DNA of 64,000 bases. Origin: Thainema sp. (GTDB taxonomy: Bacteria; Cyanobacteriota; Cyanobacteriia; Phormidesmidales; Phormidesmidaceae). The stretch covers positions 22,036 through 86,035 of the forward strand of contig JBQLZK010000020.1 of NCBI GenBank assembly GCA_052168235.1, given 5' to 3'. The translations under genes were made by a program, and so were the position numbers. Positions 39,526-51,080 of this stretch are shown piece after piece (the stretch's first letter is position 1; the number at the start of each line of letters is the position of its first letter). The notes beneath the pieces are model-generated. The model was not told the origin of the DNA, ran no database searches, and worked only from the letters and a program-made list of their open reading frames with translations.

Positions 39526-41486
39526 ATCGTGCATTTTATGTGAGTCGTCCTCTCATCGGACTGATGCTGTTTAGTTCAGGACTGTTTACGCCTGTGGCGG
39601 ATGCTGTGCCGTCTGTTTCTGCAAAATCGGAGCAGACAGCACAGGAGCAGGTGCGATCGCAACTTTCTGCACAACTACCAGTCCTAGAAGCCCAAGCTTC
39701 TACCATTGCTCAATCGAATACCGTTGATCTGAGCGCTTTACAAAATCATCTGGCAGTTGAAGATTGGCAAGCCGCAGATGCTGAAACGCGCCGCATTCTA
39801 AAACCCTGGGTTGATCCCAGCACCAGCTTGTCGAGTACGCCAGTGGCGAGAAACATTCCACCGGACGTGCTGCGAGAGATTGATCAGCTCTGGTTACAAG
39901 CCAGTCGTGGACGATTTGGCTTCAGTGTTCAGCGGTCAATTTGGCAGGAGGCGAAAGCCCAACATCCTGATGATCCGAGTGCGACTGCCGATACCTTTGG
40001 CAAATGGGTGGGCTGGCGGCGTCCTGTGCCTGATGGCAATAACTTTGTCGCACCTGACTGGTTTACTGAACCGGAACTGAATTATTCGCTCGATGCCCCA
40101 GTTGGTCATCTCCCTTGGCCAGGGCCAGAGTGGCAGTCGATTTCAAATATGCTGAATGTGCAAAGCTGCGGCAGCTGCATGATCGACGCGATGGATCTCC
40201 AGGGTGCGCTATTTAACCGCTACATTCCTGTTCTGCTTGACTATGCAACGACCGTCCTGAGCAATCCCTCCGTTACAACCGGAGGATCATGGCAACAGCC
40301 GGATCTTGCCCGCTCGATTGATCTGCGATCGCTGTATCCAGATAATTCCTGCCCCATTCGCACCCAAGCTTCTGCCATCAGTCCCGACAGCAAAATCATT
40401 GCCGTCAGCAGCTATAGCTATGAGCGAGCCTGTGGTGGCGACCCCAATAACAGCACCTTGGCACTCTGGAATGCGGAACGGGGCAACCGGATTATCACCT
40501 TGGTACGGGGACAGGCAACAGAAGCGTTTTCGGCTCCCAGTTTGAACCAGGAGCCTGAAACCGAGGGAACACGCATGGTTGGCGATGTCGTCAATGCCGT
40601 GGCCTTCACCCCTGATAGCCGTTTAGTAGTCGCCGGATTATCAAACGGTAACATCCAGATCTGGACAACCGATAAGGGTGAAGCGGTACGTACTCTAAGT
40701 GGACATCGTTATGCCGTACGTGCGATCGCAATTAGTGCTGACGGGCGAACCTTAGCTAGCGCTAGTTCTGATCAGACGATTCGCATCTGGAATCTACAAA
40801 CGGGGCAATTGTTACGCACCATTGATCAGATTCATGCGGCTGATGGCGTCGTTCATACGTTACAAATTAGTCCCAATGGACAGCGGGTTGCCGTTGCTAC
40901 TGCGGACAATACCCTTCAGCTTTTGAACACTCAAAATGGCAATTGGGAGAGGACGTTTGTTATTAGGGCGACCAATCTGTACTCACCGCTGCCGATTGTC
41001 TTCAGTCCTGATGGTCGAATCGTCGCAACAGCGGATATAGACAACAGCGTCAAACTCTGGAATGCCACCACTGGCGCACGAATCATCACGCTGAGAGGTC
41101 ATGCCGAAACCGTCCAGCATTTGGCATTTAGTCCCGATAGCCAACGTCTCGCCAGCAGCGACAGCAAAACGGCTCGCCTGTGGAACTTGCAAACCTATCA
41201 GCCGATCCATGCCTTGGATTTAGTTCAGTCAGCAGGCCACCCAATCATGCCCGATAACCTGGGCTACGTCAGCTTCAGTCCCAATGGCCAGATTCTGGCA
41301 ACGAGTTCACTGCTGCTGCCGCTGGTGCATAGCGAACCGATTCCCGGTCAAGGTTTGGCACTTTGGGATGCCAACACCGGACAAGTGATTACCCATATTC
41401 ATGACGTTGCCCAGTTTCAGTTCAGTCCCAATGGTCAATATCTGATGGCCAACGGCCAAACTATTCAAATTTGGGAGCGTCGATGA
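39522..41486 (+). CDS. Exported GUN4-domain / WD40-repeat protein
   Basis: GUN4 motifs (WQAADAET, IDQLWLQASRGRFGFSVQRSIW, APVGHLP), several GH...WN WD40 repeats, N-terminal signal peptide. Confidence 0.85.
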   Translation: MNRAFYVSRPLIGLMLFSSGLFTPVADAVPSVSAKSEQTAQEQVRSQLSAQLPVLEAQASTIAQSNTVDLSALQNHLAVEDWQAADAETRRILKPWVDPSTSLSSTPVARNIPPDVLREIDQLWLQASRGRFGFSVQRSIWQEAKAQHPDDPSATADTFGKWVGWRRPVPDGNNFVAPDWFTEPELNYSLDAPVGHLPWPGPEWQSISNMLNVQSCGSCMIDAMDLQGALFNRYIPVLLDYATTVLSNPSVTTGGSWQQPDLARSIDLRSLYPDNSCPIRTQASAISPDSKIIAVSSYSYERACGGDPNNSTLALWNAERGNRIITLVRGQATEAFSAPSLNQEPETEGTRMVGDVVNAVAFTPDSRLVVAGLSNGNIQIWTTDKGEAVRTLSGHRYAVRAIAISADGRTLASASSDQTIRIWNLQTGQLLRTIDQIHAADGVVHTLQISPNGQRVAVATADNTLQLLNTQNGNWERTFVIRATNLYSPLPIVFSPDGRIVATADIDNSVKLWNATTGARIITLRGHAETVQHLAFSPDSQRLASSDSKTARLWNLQTYQPIHALDLVQSAGHPIMPDNLGYVSFSPNGQILATSSLLLPLVHSEPIPGQGLALWDANTGQVITHIHDVAQFQFSPNGQYLMANGQTIQIWERR

Positions 41487-42001
41487 TGAAAATTTTGGCC
41501 AGTTTAGCGGTTGCGATCTCACTCACGAGCTGTAGTTTATCGGGTGAACTATCGACTAATTCAGGCTCTACTAACGCTCCAGCAGATCAGCCGACTTTTG
41601 ACTCAACCACTCTGATGGATATGGAACCCAATGTCCAGTTTGAGGTGACGGCTGAATCCGGTACTTGTCCCGATACAGTTGGTTTGTGGGAGTTTGGCTT
41701 GGGCTTTGAAGGTGGAGCCGATCATACCGTTGTTGTCGATACATCTGCGATCTCATCTCAACCCGCTCAATTAACAGTATCTGAAGCGAAGCGTGTTGTC
41801 TATGAAGCACCGTTGAAAGATGAATTTGCGTCTTGTGTGGGTACCGCGAACTCTGAATACCTCAGCATGTACGATCTCAGCTTTGCCGATGGCAAGGTGC
41901 AGTTTGATTTGAATTTGACCAATGATGACGGATTCCGCGAAATTCGCTACGCCGATATTTCTGCCAATCGTCCCTACGTTCACTGGCGAGCCGCTGAATA
42001 A
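41483..42001 (+). CDS. Hypothetical lipoprotein
   Basis: MMKILASLAVAISLTSC lipobox; ATGA overlap with the upstream stop. Confidence 0.75.
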   Translation: MMKILASLAVAISLTSCSLSGELSTNSGSTNAPADQPTFDSTTLMDMEPNVQFEVTAESGTCPDTVGLWEFGLGFEGGADHTVVVDTSAISSQPAQLTVSEAKRVVYEAPLKDEFASCVGTANSEYLSMYDLSFADGKVQFDLNLTNDDGFREIRYADISANRPYVHWRAAE

Positions 42002-42011
42002 GTGACCAGCG

Positions 42012-42056
42012 CAAAAACCAGGAGAGCGCCCCGACGGGGCGCTCTCCTGGTTTTTG
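42012..42056. terminator. Perfect palindrome, 22-bp arms, bidirectional terminator-like
   Basis: caaaaaccaggagagcgccccg-a-cggggcgctctcctggtttttg between convergent genes. Confidence 0.8.
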
Positions 42057-42077
42057 TTAGCTATACGTACAACTCAA

Positions 42078-43274
<1,197 letters not shown>

Positions 43275-43425
43275 TCACGCAGTGCAAGTTTTGAGAAACT
43301 TGCCTAAAAATATTCCACAGAAGAACGTGCCAAATCTTTGGGGTAGGTTTAGCCCTAGATAATGATGCTTAATCAATATGGGTTAATCAAACCTGCCCGT
43401 ACCAAGCCTTTCCAGGTCAGACCTG

Positions 43426-43884
43426 CTAAAAAGAGAAATTATCGTCGTCGTCGATGCAAACATCCCAGTTTGCCGAGAGGACTTCGGCCACGACTGCTTC
43501 TAATGCGGCAGTGTTGATGTCACGATTAGCGTGATCTTGTATGGGGTTAGAAAGGGGAATCAGCTTCAGTCGGCGCTGGTCTTGAACGAGGTCGAAACAG
43601 CATTGCCCAGTTTCTGAACGGGTTAGCTCTAGGTAGTCGAAGCTATGGACGTTAATGTAGAGCGTCTGATTTGCTACCAGAGTGGATTGACAGGGATCAG
43701 CATAGACATCTAGGATAAAGCCCTCACCTTTGCTGAGGGTTGTGTCCTCTTCTAGATAAGCGTACTGCACTCGGCTGAGATCCGATAGGAGTCGCTGCAT
43801 ATCTCGTTTGCTGACAACGACGCCAGAATCAACAATACAGGGAGCTGGGAATGATCGATTGGTTGGGAAACGATTATAGCTCAT
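43426..43884 (-). CDS. Hypothetical protein
   Basis: 152-aa ORF with a plausible start and an acidic C-terminus. Confidence 0.7.
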   Translation of the reverse strand: MSYNRFPTNRSFPAPCIVDSGVVVSKRDMQRLLSDLSRVQYAYLEEDTTLSKGEGFILDVYADPCQSTLVANQTLYINVHSFDYLELTRSETGQCCFDLVQDQRRLKLIPLSNPIQDHANRDINTAALEAVVAEVLSANWDVCIDDDDNFSF

Positions 43885-44003
43885 AGAAGAGGCCCTAATA
43901 AGTGAGGCTTCGATTTACGCCGAAGGTACAGTCAACAGGTTCATAACCGCCACACGAAAGCAAGCAGCTTTCATGCAATATCTTATGCACTACATTCATC
44001 ATG

Positions 44004-44019
44004 TGTAGATTCATCTACA
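44004..44019. promoter_or_regulatory. Candidate NtcA box TGTA-N8-TACA
   Basis: tgta-gattcatc-taca, 120 bp upstream of the 43884 gene; TAAGAT 19 nt downstream on the minus strand. Confidence 0.4.
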
Positions 44020-44450
44020 ATTCTGGCAGCTAATGAGTCTATGCGCCAACCGAAGTCAGAATATGCTGCACAGCAGTTGGCCATCGGCTCTGCTATATCT
44101 GCCAAGCGATAAGCAATGCTCTGAACTGAACAACGGCGGTAATAGACCACGCTTGATGGGCATAAATGCTCACCGCTTTCAGTCTAGGCATGCTGCGCGA
44201 ATCAACCAGACGTAAATCAGGATTGAATAACTCATTCTTTCTAGTTCTAGCCTAACCTAGTTCAGGAAGAATGAATCAAGCAGAATGATTTACTCTCAAT
44301 CAGCCTCACTAGAGGATTGATTTGAATCGTGGTTGTGCAGCGCAAAAGTGTCACATAAAATACATTCCTCTATCATAGTTGGATCTGTTGGCTGTTGGCG
44401 AGTCTATAATTCCAGGTCTAGATCTTGCAAAAATCTGAATATTCAAGGTT

Positions 44451-45287
44451 GTGTTGACTATGAGTAGCCGATTGCCACCGGGCGAACGTAAGATGCTGCA
44501 ACTTCGGCAGATGTGGATAGTGGTTCAGATCTGGCTGCTGCAATTGCTGGCTACTTTCCTGGGTGCGATCGCATTTTATACCTGCATTCCCATTCCCGCT
44601 AAATGGCCGATTTTATTTCAGGGAATTGCCCGATTTGCGCCTTTAGTTGGGACTTTGATTGGTGGTGGATTGGCGGGATTGAATTGGCTCTTGATTCGCT
44701 GGGGAATTCCAGATCTGACGCGCTGCGTGATGCTGGTGTTATTGTGGCTGGCGGTGACGGGAGGACTGCACTTGGATGGTGCAATGGATACGGCTGATGG
44801 CTTAGCAGTACAAGATCCCAATCGTCGGCTTCCGGTGATGAGCGATAGCGCCACGGGCGCATTTGGTGCAATGGCCGCTGTTGCAATTCTGCTCCTCAAA
44901 GTTGCTGCACTGTCGGATTTGCATCTATCAGCTAACTTTGCCTTAATTGTGGCGGCTGGCTGGGGTCGCTGGGGGCAACTGGTTGCGATCGCACGCTTTC
45001 CCTACTTAAAAGCAGAGGGCAAAGGGGCATTTCACAAAGCGGCAATCCGCTCGGTTTGGGACATTGTGCCGGGATTTTTGCTGCTAATCACTATCAGTGG
45101 TGTGCAGATCTGGCTTGATCCGTTCCTCTGGCGTGAGGCTGTGGGAGCGGCTCTAGCAGGATTTGCGATCGCAATTTTGACCGGAGCCTGGTTCAATCGC
45201 CAACTGAGTGGTCACACCGGGGATACCTACGGAGCGGTCGTTGAATGGACAGAAGCCCTGCTCTTAGGTGCGCTGACCGTATTTTAG
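44451..45287 (+). CDS. cobS: Adenosylcobinamide-GDP ribazoletransferase (cobalamin synthase)
   Basis: TGGLHLDGAMDTADG, MSDSATGAFG, GHTGDTYGA. True start is probably downstream. Confidence 0.92.
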   Translation: MLTMSSRLPPGERKMLQLRQMWIVVQIWLLQLLATFLGAIAFYTCIPIPAKWPILFQGIARFAPLVGTLIGGGLAGLNWLLIRWGIPDLTRCVMLVLLWLAVTGGLHLDGAMDTADGLAVQDPNRRLPVMSDSATGAFGAMAAVAILLLKVAALSDLHLSANFALIVAAGWGRWGQLVAIARFPYLKAEGKGAFHKAAIRSVWDIVPGFLLLITISGVQIWLDPFLWREAVGAALAGFAIAILTGAWFNRQLSGHTGDTYGAVVEWTEALLLGALTVF

Positions 45288-45423
45288 ACAGTTAACAAGT
45301 TGAGACATGAGGGGTCGAGACATTCACGAGATCCAACATTGGAACGTTTAAATGTTTGAACGTTCCAACGTCTAAACAGCTAGATCTCGTCCTTTTGCGC
45401 CCTACGCCTCACCACCAAATTTC

Positions 45424-46413
45424 TTAAAACTCCGACACAATCTGATCCCGTTCGGCATCGCAGTCTCGCGCTTGACCGTCCACATTACGCTGAGCCCGAC
45501 AATATTCCCAAGCTAGTTGTCGAGCCGTTGCATAGGGCAGTTGATTGAGCTTCTCTATTGCGGTGGCAAAGTACTGGAGACTTTCGGGATAGTTGTTCTG
45601 CCGCACCAGGATTTGAGCTTTGAGATAGTGCAATTCTGGATTATCTGGAGCCAGTTCTAAAGCCCGATTGATTGCGGTCATAGCCTTGTCCTGTTGACCC
45701 AAGTCGCGATAGCCCACAGCAATTCCGCGCTGAGCTAGATAAGCAGGTGAGGCATAGTTTTCTAGACGTGCGATCGCATCATTGGGATCGGAAAACGGCA
45801 AGTTAACCGCCAGCATCAAATCCATGTAGCCCCGCAGCAAATTCAGTTCTGGATCGTTAAGGTCAATCCGTTCTGCTTCATCGAGATGATTAAACACCCG
45901 CTGCAGTTTAGACAACGCGACAGGTGTGCCACGCACGGCCCCCTGCGTCACAAACGCATGGGCTCCTTCTAGAAAATGTCCGGCAGCGACGTAAATATTG
46001 CCCCGCAGCGGATCGGTTTCAAGCATGGCCTCGGCGGTTGTCCGCGTTTTGGTTGCCTGTTCTGCCATTGCGTCCCAGTCTTCGCTCAGGTAGGCAAATG
46101 CCGCTTTCATGGCGTGGGATAGCGGTTCGCTCTCATCTGCAGACTGGAGTGCCTCGCGAGCAGCCCGATAATCGCCGTCTTGAAATAGAGCATTAAAGGC
46201 TGCCTCCGTCCCCGCATCAATATTGCGTGGGGCATCCGTTCGAAAGGGATCGGCTGACCAACCTGCCCCAGCAATCGCGGTAACTGCGATCGCAGAAGTT
46301 GCGATCGCAGCAATGGATCGTCGTACTCTTTGGTACCAGCGCTGGCGTGACTGAAAACTGTGGATCGGCGGAGTTGATACTGGCTGAGCGGAACGAACCG
46401 AATGTAAAACCAT
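45424..46413 (-). CDS. Exported TPR-repeat protein (Sll0314/Alr1548-like)
   Basis: ADPFR after a signal-like region, DPELNLLRGYMDLMLAVNLPF, TPR segment NPELHYLKAQ. Confidence 0.8.
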   Translation of the reverse strand: MVLHSVRSAQPVSTPPIHSFQSRQRWYQRVRRSIAAIATSAIAVTAIAGAGWSADPFRTDAPRNIDAGTEAAFNALFQDGDYRAAREALQSADESEPLSHAMKAAFAYLSEDWDAMAEQATKTRTTAEAMLETDPLRGNIYVAAGHFLEGAHAFVTQGAVRGTPVALSKLQRVFNHLDEAERIDLNDPELNLLRGYMDLMLAVNLPFSDPNDAIARLENYASPAYLAQRGIAVGYRDLGQQDKAMTAINRALELAPDNPELHYLKAQILVRQNNYPESLQYFATAIEKLNQLPYATARQLAWEYCRAQRNVDGQARDCDAERDQIVSEF

Positions 46414-46686
46414 GATTGAAAATCGCCTCTGAATATCGAACAAGGACAATTTGTGCTTTGCCGTTTGACGGATCGCTTTCATATGGAGTTCCAAGCGTTC
46501 CAGAACCATTGTGCCAAACTCTCCACGTGCTACCCAGTGATACTCATACTGATGATGGGTTTGAGATCAGCATGCACAGAAGAAATTAACCAACCTGGTA
46601 GTTTTCCAACTGGATTGCGGCACTATAAAAACAGGCACCAATCAATTTTTGACGCTCAACCTGCTTTTTAACTCTGAACTTGCTGA

Positions 46687-47349
46687 ATGCTACACCTCAA
46701 AAATGTTTCCTATCATCCAACGGCTACCCCAAATCCAATTCTCAAATCTATCAGCTTAGATTTGGCTCCACAGCAAATGGGATTAATCGTCGGGCCAAGT
46801 GGATCAGGTAAAAGCACGCTGTTAGAAATATTATCTGGGTTGGCCAACCGCTCTTCCGGCGATATTCTTTGGCGTAGCCAGGAACTTGATAGCGAACATT
46901 TACAGCAATTAGCTGGATTAGTCTTTCAATTTCCAGAACGGCACTTTTGTGGTGGCACGATTCTAGAGGAACTGCGGCTTGGTCATCCAGAACTCAAGTC
47001 CGAGCAAATTTATCAAGCCCTGCGCGAAGTCAGCCTCGATCACCTATCGTTACAAACGCCACCCCATCTTTTAAGCGGTGGACAACAGCGGCGACTAGCA
47101 CTTGCTGTCCAACTCATTCGCCAACCCTACCTGCTGCTGCTGGATGAACCAACCGCTGGCTTAGACTGGTCAATTCGCCGTCAGCTCATTCGCTTGCTTG
47201 CCAAGTTAAAGAAAAACTGGAGCCTGCTGGTGGTTTCTCATGATCCAGAAGAACTCGTTGGCATCGCCGATCGCTACTGGCGGCTCAATCACGGCGTTCT
47301 CACCGAGGCCAGCGAAGGTTTGCCCACATCACCCCAGACAGTTGCATAG
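46687..47349 (+). CDS. ABC/ECF-type ATP-binding protein
   Basis: GPSGSGKS, FQFPE, LSGGQQRR, LLLLDEPT. Confidence 0.9.
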   Translation: MLHLKNVSYHPTATPNPILKSISLDLAPQQMGLIVGPSGSGKSTLLEILSGLANRSSGDILWRSQELDSEHLQQLAGLVFQFPERHFCGGTILEELRLGHPELKSEQIYQALREVSLDHLSLQTPPHLLSGGQQRRLALAVQLIRQPYLLLLDEPTAGLDWSIRRQLIRLLAKLKKNWSLLVVSHDPEELVGIADRYWRLNHGVLTEASEGLPTSPQTVA

Positions 47350-47431
47350 AGTTCCTGCCACTCGTAAAGCACTTGGCAATCTTGCACTGTTTTGCACGTC
47401 CTATTGCACTTGAAGGGTTAGTTAGGATATC

Positions 47432-47476
47432 AGCTATTTTTGAAACCCTTGCTGTGCAAGGGTTTCAAAAATAGCT
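47432..47476. repeat. Perfect palindrome, 21-bp arms
   Basis: agctatttttgaaacccttgc-tgt-gcaagggtttcaaaaatagct. Confidence 0.85.
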
Positions 47477-47522
47477 TCCTACTCAACCATCTCGTTTGCT
47501 GCAATATACTGCACTGCATAAC

Positions 47523-47579
47523 TGGAAACACTAATAGAGGTGTCACCGTACTGCGATCGCACCTCTATTAGTGTTTCCA
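47523..47579. repeat. 20-bp inverted repeat with a HIP1-containing loop
   Basis: tggaaacactaatagaggtg ... cacctctattagtgtttcca. Confidence 0.85.
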
Positions 47580-48348
47580 TAGCCTCTCTACATGAGTCGC
47601 TTTACATGAATGCTTTACAAAAGAGCATGAAATGATACGCGGCACCGCTGCACAACAATTCACGCAGGCAGCTCAATCCAAACGTGAAAAATACGGATTT
47701 TTTGAAAAACAAAGGCGACTTATTTACATTTGTTCATGAAATTAATCTTCCTTCCCCACGTGATGGCGAGCTTAGAGATCCGCCTAGAGTGATTGATGAG
47801 AGGTGCATTGACGACTTCTTATGATCTGAACAGCGTTTTGACAGCAGCTTGACCAATTCTCTAATGTAAAGAATATGTTACAAGACAAGACATGCTCTAA
47901 GCTGCCAAAAGCCTTATGTGCAAACGTGCTTGAGCTTTCGCTACACCGCTTGATACAACTTAATAACTCGTAATGGATAAAGGCTGTATCGCATTGTATA
48001 AAGATTAGCGAAGGGTACAAATGGCAGGCAAAGCCTAAATAAAATGCTGTTTTACCTGGGGTTCCGGCCTTCTCATAAAAATGTTAATTTTTCTCAGGTT
48101 TTTTAAGAAAAGAGTCTTTACCTCTGTTCTAATAGTCAAAGTGCTGAGACCTGAGCCAATTTCAAAGAGATAGGTTATCGGAGTCTCCAGCGTTAAGGGT
48201 AGGAGTGGATGCCTACCCGAGCCTTCCACCAAACTTAACGACAGATCCTTTTATGAGAATCTGTTTAACGATAAGTTTGGATTTTCAGCTCAGCTAGATT
48301 CTGATTTATTAAAAGCACACTCAACCAAGCAAGTAGGAGATTGAGTTC

Positions 48349-48867
48349 ATGTTAGATGCATTCGCCAAGGTTGTTTCCCAGGCTGACGCAAAAGGTGAAT
48401 TCCTCAGCGGTGCTCAGTTTGATGCACTTCAGAACATGGTCAAGGAAGGCAGCAAGCGCCTTGACGTTGTTAACCGTGTAACCAGCAATGCTTCCACGAT
48501 CGTTGCTGATGCAGCTCGTGCATTGTTTGCTGAGCAGCCCCAACTAATCCAGCCCGGTGGTAACGCTTATACCAACCGCCGCATGGCTGCTTGTCTGCGT
48601 GACATGGAAATCATCTTGCGTTATGTGACCTACGCCATGATGGCTGGTGATGCAAGCGTGCTTGATGATCGTTGCCTCAATGGTCTACGTGAGACCTACC
48701 AAGCTCTAGGTGTTCCTGGTGGTTCTGTTGCAACTGGCGTCAGCAAGATGAAAGATTCTGCTGTTGCAATTGCTAACGATCCCGCTGGTATCACTCCTGG
48801 TGATTGCAGCGCGCTGATGTCCGAATTGGCTAGCTACTTCGATCGCGCAGCTTCTGCTGTTGCATAG
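48349..48867 (+). CDS. cpcB: C-phycocyanin beta subunit
   Basis: [26 protein letters not shown]. Confidence 0.97.
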   Translation: MLDAFAKVVSQADAKGEFLSGAQFDALQNMVKEGSKRLDVVNRVTSNASTIVADAARALFAEQPQLIQPGGNAYTNRRMAACLRDMEIILRYVTYAMMAGDASVLDDRCLNGLRETYQALGVPGGSVATGVSKMKDSAVAIANDPAGITPGDCSALMSELASYFDRAASAVA

Positions 48868-49005
48868 TAGTCACGTCGTTCCGGCTCAAATTAGTCTGAA
48901 CGAGCTTTATTGCCCTACTTATATATAGATACGTATAAGCAGGCAATAATCTCAACACCTTTTTGCACTAGGTCAAAATTCAAGCACTAGGGAGATTTTT
49001 AAACA

Positions 49006-49494
49006 ATGAAGACCCCGATTACTGAAGCAATTGCTGCTGCGGATACTCAAGGTCGTTTCTTGGGTAACACCGAGCTACAAGCTGTTAATGGTCGTTTTGA
49101 GCGTGCTGCTGCTAGCATGGAAGCTGCTCGTGCTCTGACCAACAACGCACAGAGCCTGATTGATGGTGCAGCAAATGCTGTTTACCAAAAGTTCCCTTAC
49201 ACCACCTCCATGCAGGGTTCTCAGTACGCTTCTAGCCCAGAAGGTAAGTCCAAGTGCTCTCGTGACATCGGTTACTACCTGCGCATGGTTACCTACTGCC
49301 TAGTAGCTGGTGGCACTGGCCCCATGGATGAGTACTTGATTGCTGGTCTCGATGAGATCAACCGCACCTTCGACCTATCTCCTAGCTGGTATGTTGAAGC
49401 TCTGAAGCACGTCAAGGCTAACCACGGTCTAAGCGGCCAGGCTGCTAACGAAGCTAACACCTACATCGACTACGCGATCAACGCACTCAGCTAG
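49006..49494 (+). CDS. cpcA: C-phycocyanin alpha subunit
   Basis: [27 protein letters not shown]. Confidence 0.97.
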   Translation: MKTPITEAIAAADTQGRFLGNTELQAVNGRFERAAASMEAARALTNNAQSLIDGAANAVYQKFPYTTSMQGSQYASSPEGKSKCSRDIGYYLRMVTYCLVAGGTGPMDEYLIAGLDEINRTFDLSPSWYVEALKHVKANHGLSGQAANEANTYIDYAINALS

Positions 49495-49505
49495 TTGATG
49501 TTCTA

Positions 49506-49562
49506 GCCCGGGAGGGTAGGCAAGTGCTGGCAAGTGGGTCGCAGTTGCTTATCTTTCCGGGC
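49506..49562 (+). terminator. Stem-loop after cpcA (partial terminator or mRNA stabiliser)
   Basis: gcccgggagggtaggcaa ... ttgcttatctttccgggc. Confidence 0.55.
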
Positions 49563-49662
49563 ATTGTTGTATCTATTCGTTGGCGATTCGCTGTGGGCGG
49601 CTGCGCTTGGAGCGAGATCGTCATTTGACTGGTACCTTGCTGTGTTTAGAGGGAGTAGGTAG

Positions 49663-50523
49663 ATGGCCGTTACAGCAGCAGCTTCCCGATTAGGCATTTC
49701 TGCGTTTGATAGTGCCGCGCGGATTGAGCTTCGCCCGAATGCTACGGTTGAACAAAAAGAAGGCGTGATTCGGGCCGTATACCGTCAGGTGCTCGGCAAT
49801 GACTATCTGATGAAATCGGAACGCCTGGTTAGTGCAGAATCGCTTCTGCGCGATGGCAGTATCACGGTACGAGAGTTTGTTCGTGCCGTGGCCAAATCGG
49901 AGCTATACAAAACTAAGTTTTTCTATAACAGTTTTCAAACTCGCCTAATTGAGCTGAACTATAAGCATCTATTAGGACGGGCTCCTCATAGTGAGGCTGA
50001 GGTGATCTTCCACCTTGACCTGTATGAGACCCAAGGATATGACGCTGAAATCGATTCCTACATTGATTCAGAAGAGTATCGTAACGCATTTGGCGAAAAT
50101 GTCGTGCCCTTCTATCGGGGATTTGAGTTCCACACTGGTGCTCAAACCACTGAGTTTAGCCGGATGTTCCGGCTCTATCGGGGATATGCGACGAGTTCCC
50201 GTGCGCAAGCAGAGCGCAATAATTCTCGCTTGGCTCGGGAATTAGCAAGCAACACTGCTTCCAGCATTGTTAACCCAACTCAAGGCGGTAGTGGTGCGTA
50301 TTATCGTGCTACTAACGATGTACCGCCGGTTAAGGCTTTAGGTGGTTCCTATGGTCAGAGCGGTCGGGTATATCGGATTGAGGTTGCAGGTATTCGTCAG
50401 CCGGGTTATCCGGGCGTTCGTCGGAGCAGCACGGCTTTTATCGTGCCTTACGAGCAACTTTTGCCGAAGCTGCAGCAAGTTAAGCGGGCAGGCGGTACGG
50501 TTGTAAGCGTTAATCCTGCTTAA
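49663..50523 (+). CDS. cpcC: Phycocyanin rod linker
   Basis: [11 protein letters not shown], linker domain and C-terminal CpcD-like domain. Confidence 0.94.
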   Translation: MAVTAAASRLGISAFDSAARIELRPNATVEQKEGVIRAVYRQVLGNDYLMKSERLVSAESLLRDGSITVREFVRAVAKSELYKTKFFYNSFQTRLIELNYKHLLGRAPHSEAEVIFHLDLYETQGYDAEIDSYIDSEEYRNAFGENVVPFYRGFEFHTGAQTTEFSRMFRLYRGYATSSRAQAERNNSRLARELASNTASSIVNPTQGGSGAYYRATNDVPPVKALGGSYGQSGRVYRIEVAGIRQPGYPGVRRSSTAFIVPYEQLLPKLQQVKRAGGTVVSVNPA

Positions 50524-50763
50524 TCATTTTTCGTCTATCGGCAGTGAGCTAGCAAGGGCTCGCTGCCGATTCATGCATCAAGAAATCCCTAAAACTTATT
50601 TACTTCAGCGCAGCGTGGCTGATTCAGATTCACCGATTGGCTACGGTCGTATTTCCACGGCAGGTCTAAAGACTTGCTCTGAGTGCATTGGTGGGTATAC
50701 ATCGGTGGGCAAAGTTGATGGTTGATAGTTGGCTGCGCCAAAGAGTACGCAAAGGAGAAATGT

Positions 50764-51045
50764 ATGTTTGGTCAAACTGCTGTAGGACGGACTGCAAATA
50801 CGTCGTCTGGTGCGCGGATGTTTCGCTATGAAGTGCAAGGCCTCCGTCAAAGTGATGAAACGGATCAAAATGCTTATCCGATTCGTCGCAGTGGCAGTAT
50901 TTTCTTGACGGTTCCCTATAACCGGATGAATGAAGAGATGCAGCGCATTAATCGGATGGGCGGCACGATTGTGAATATCACGCCGTTGGCTGGTGCAGCC
51001 GCGGCTCCTGCTAAATCGTCTAAGTCTAAATCTTCTGACGAATAG
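50764..51045 (+). CDS. cpcD: Rod-capping linker
   Basis: VPYNRMNEEMQRINRMGGTIV; ATG 50764 preceded by aggag. Confidence 0.93.
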   Translation: MFGQTAVGRTANTSSGARMFRYEVQGLRQSDETDQNAYPIRRSGSIFLTVPYNRMNEEMQRINRMGGTIVNITPLAGAAAAPAKSSKSKSSDE

Positions 51046-51080
51046 TTTTTTTGGTGACTCGTTAAGCATTGGATTTCTTC

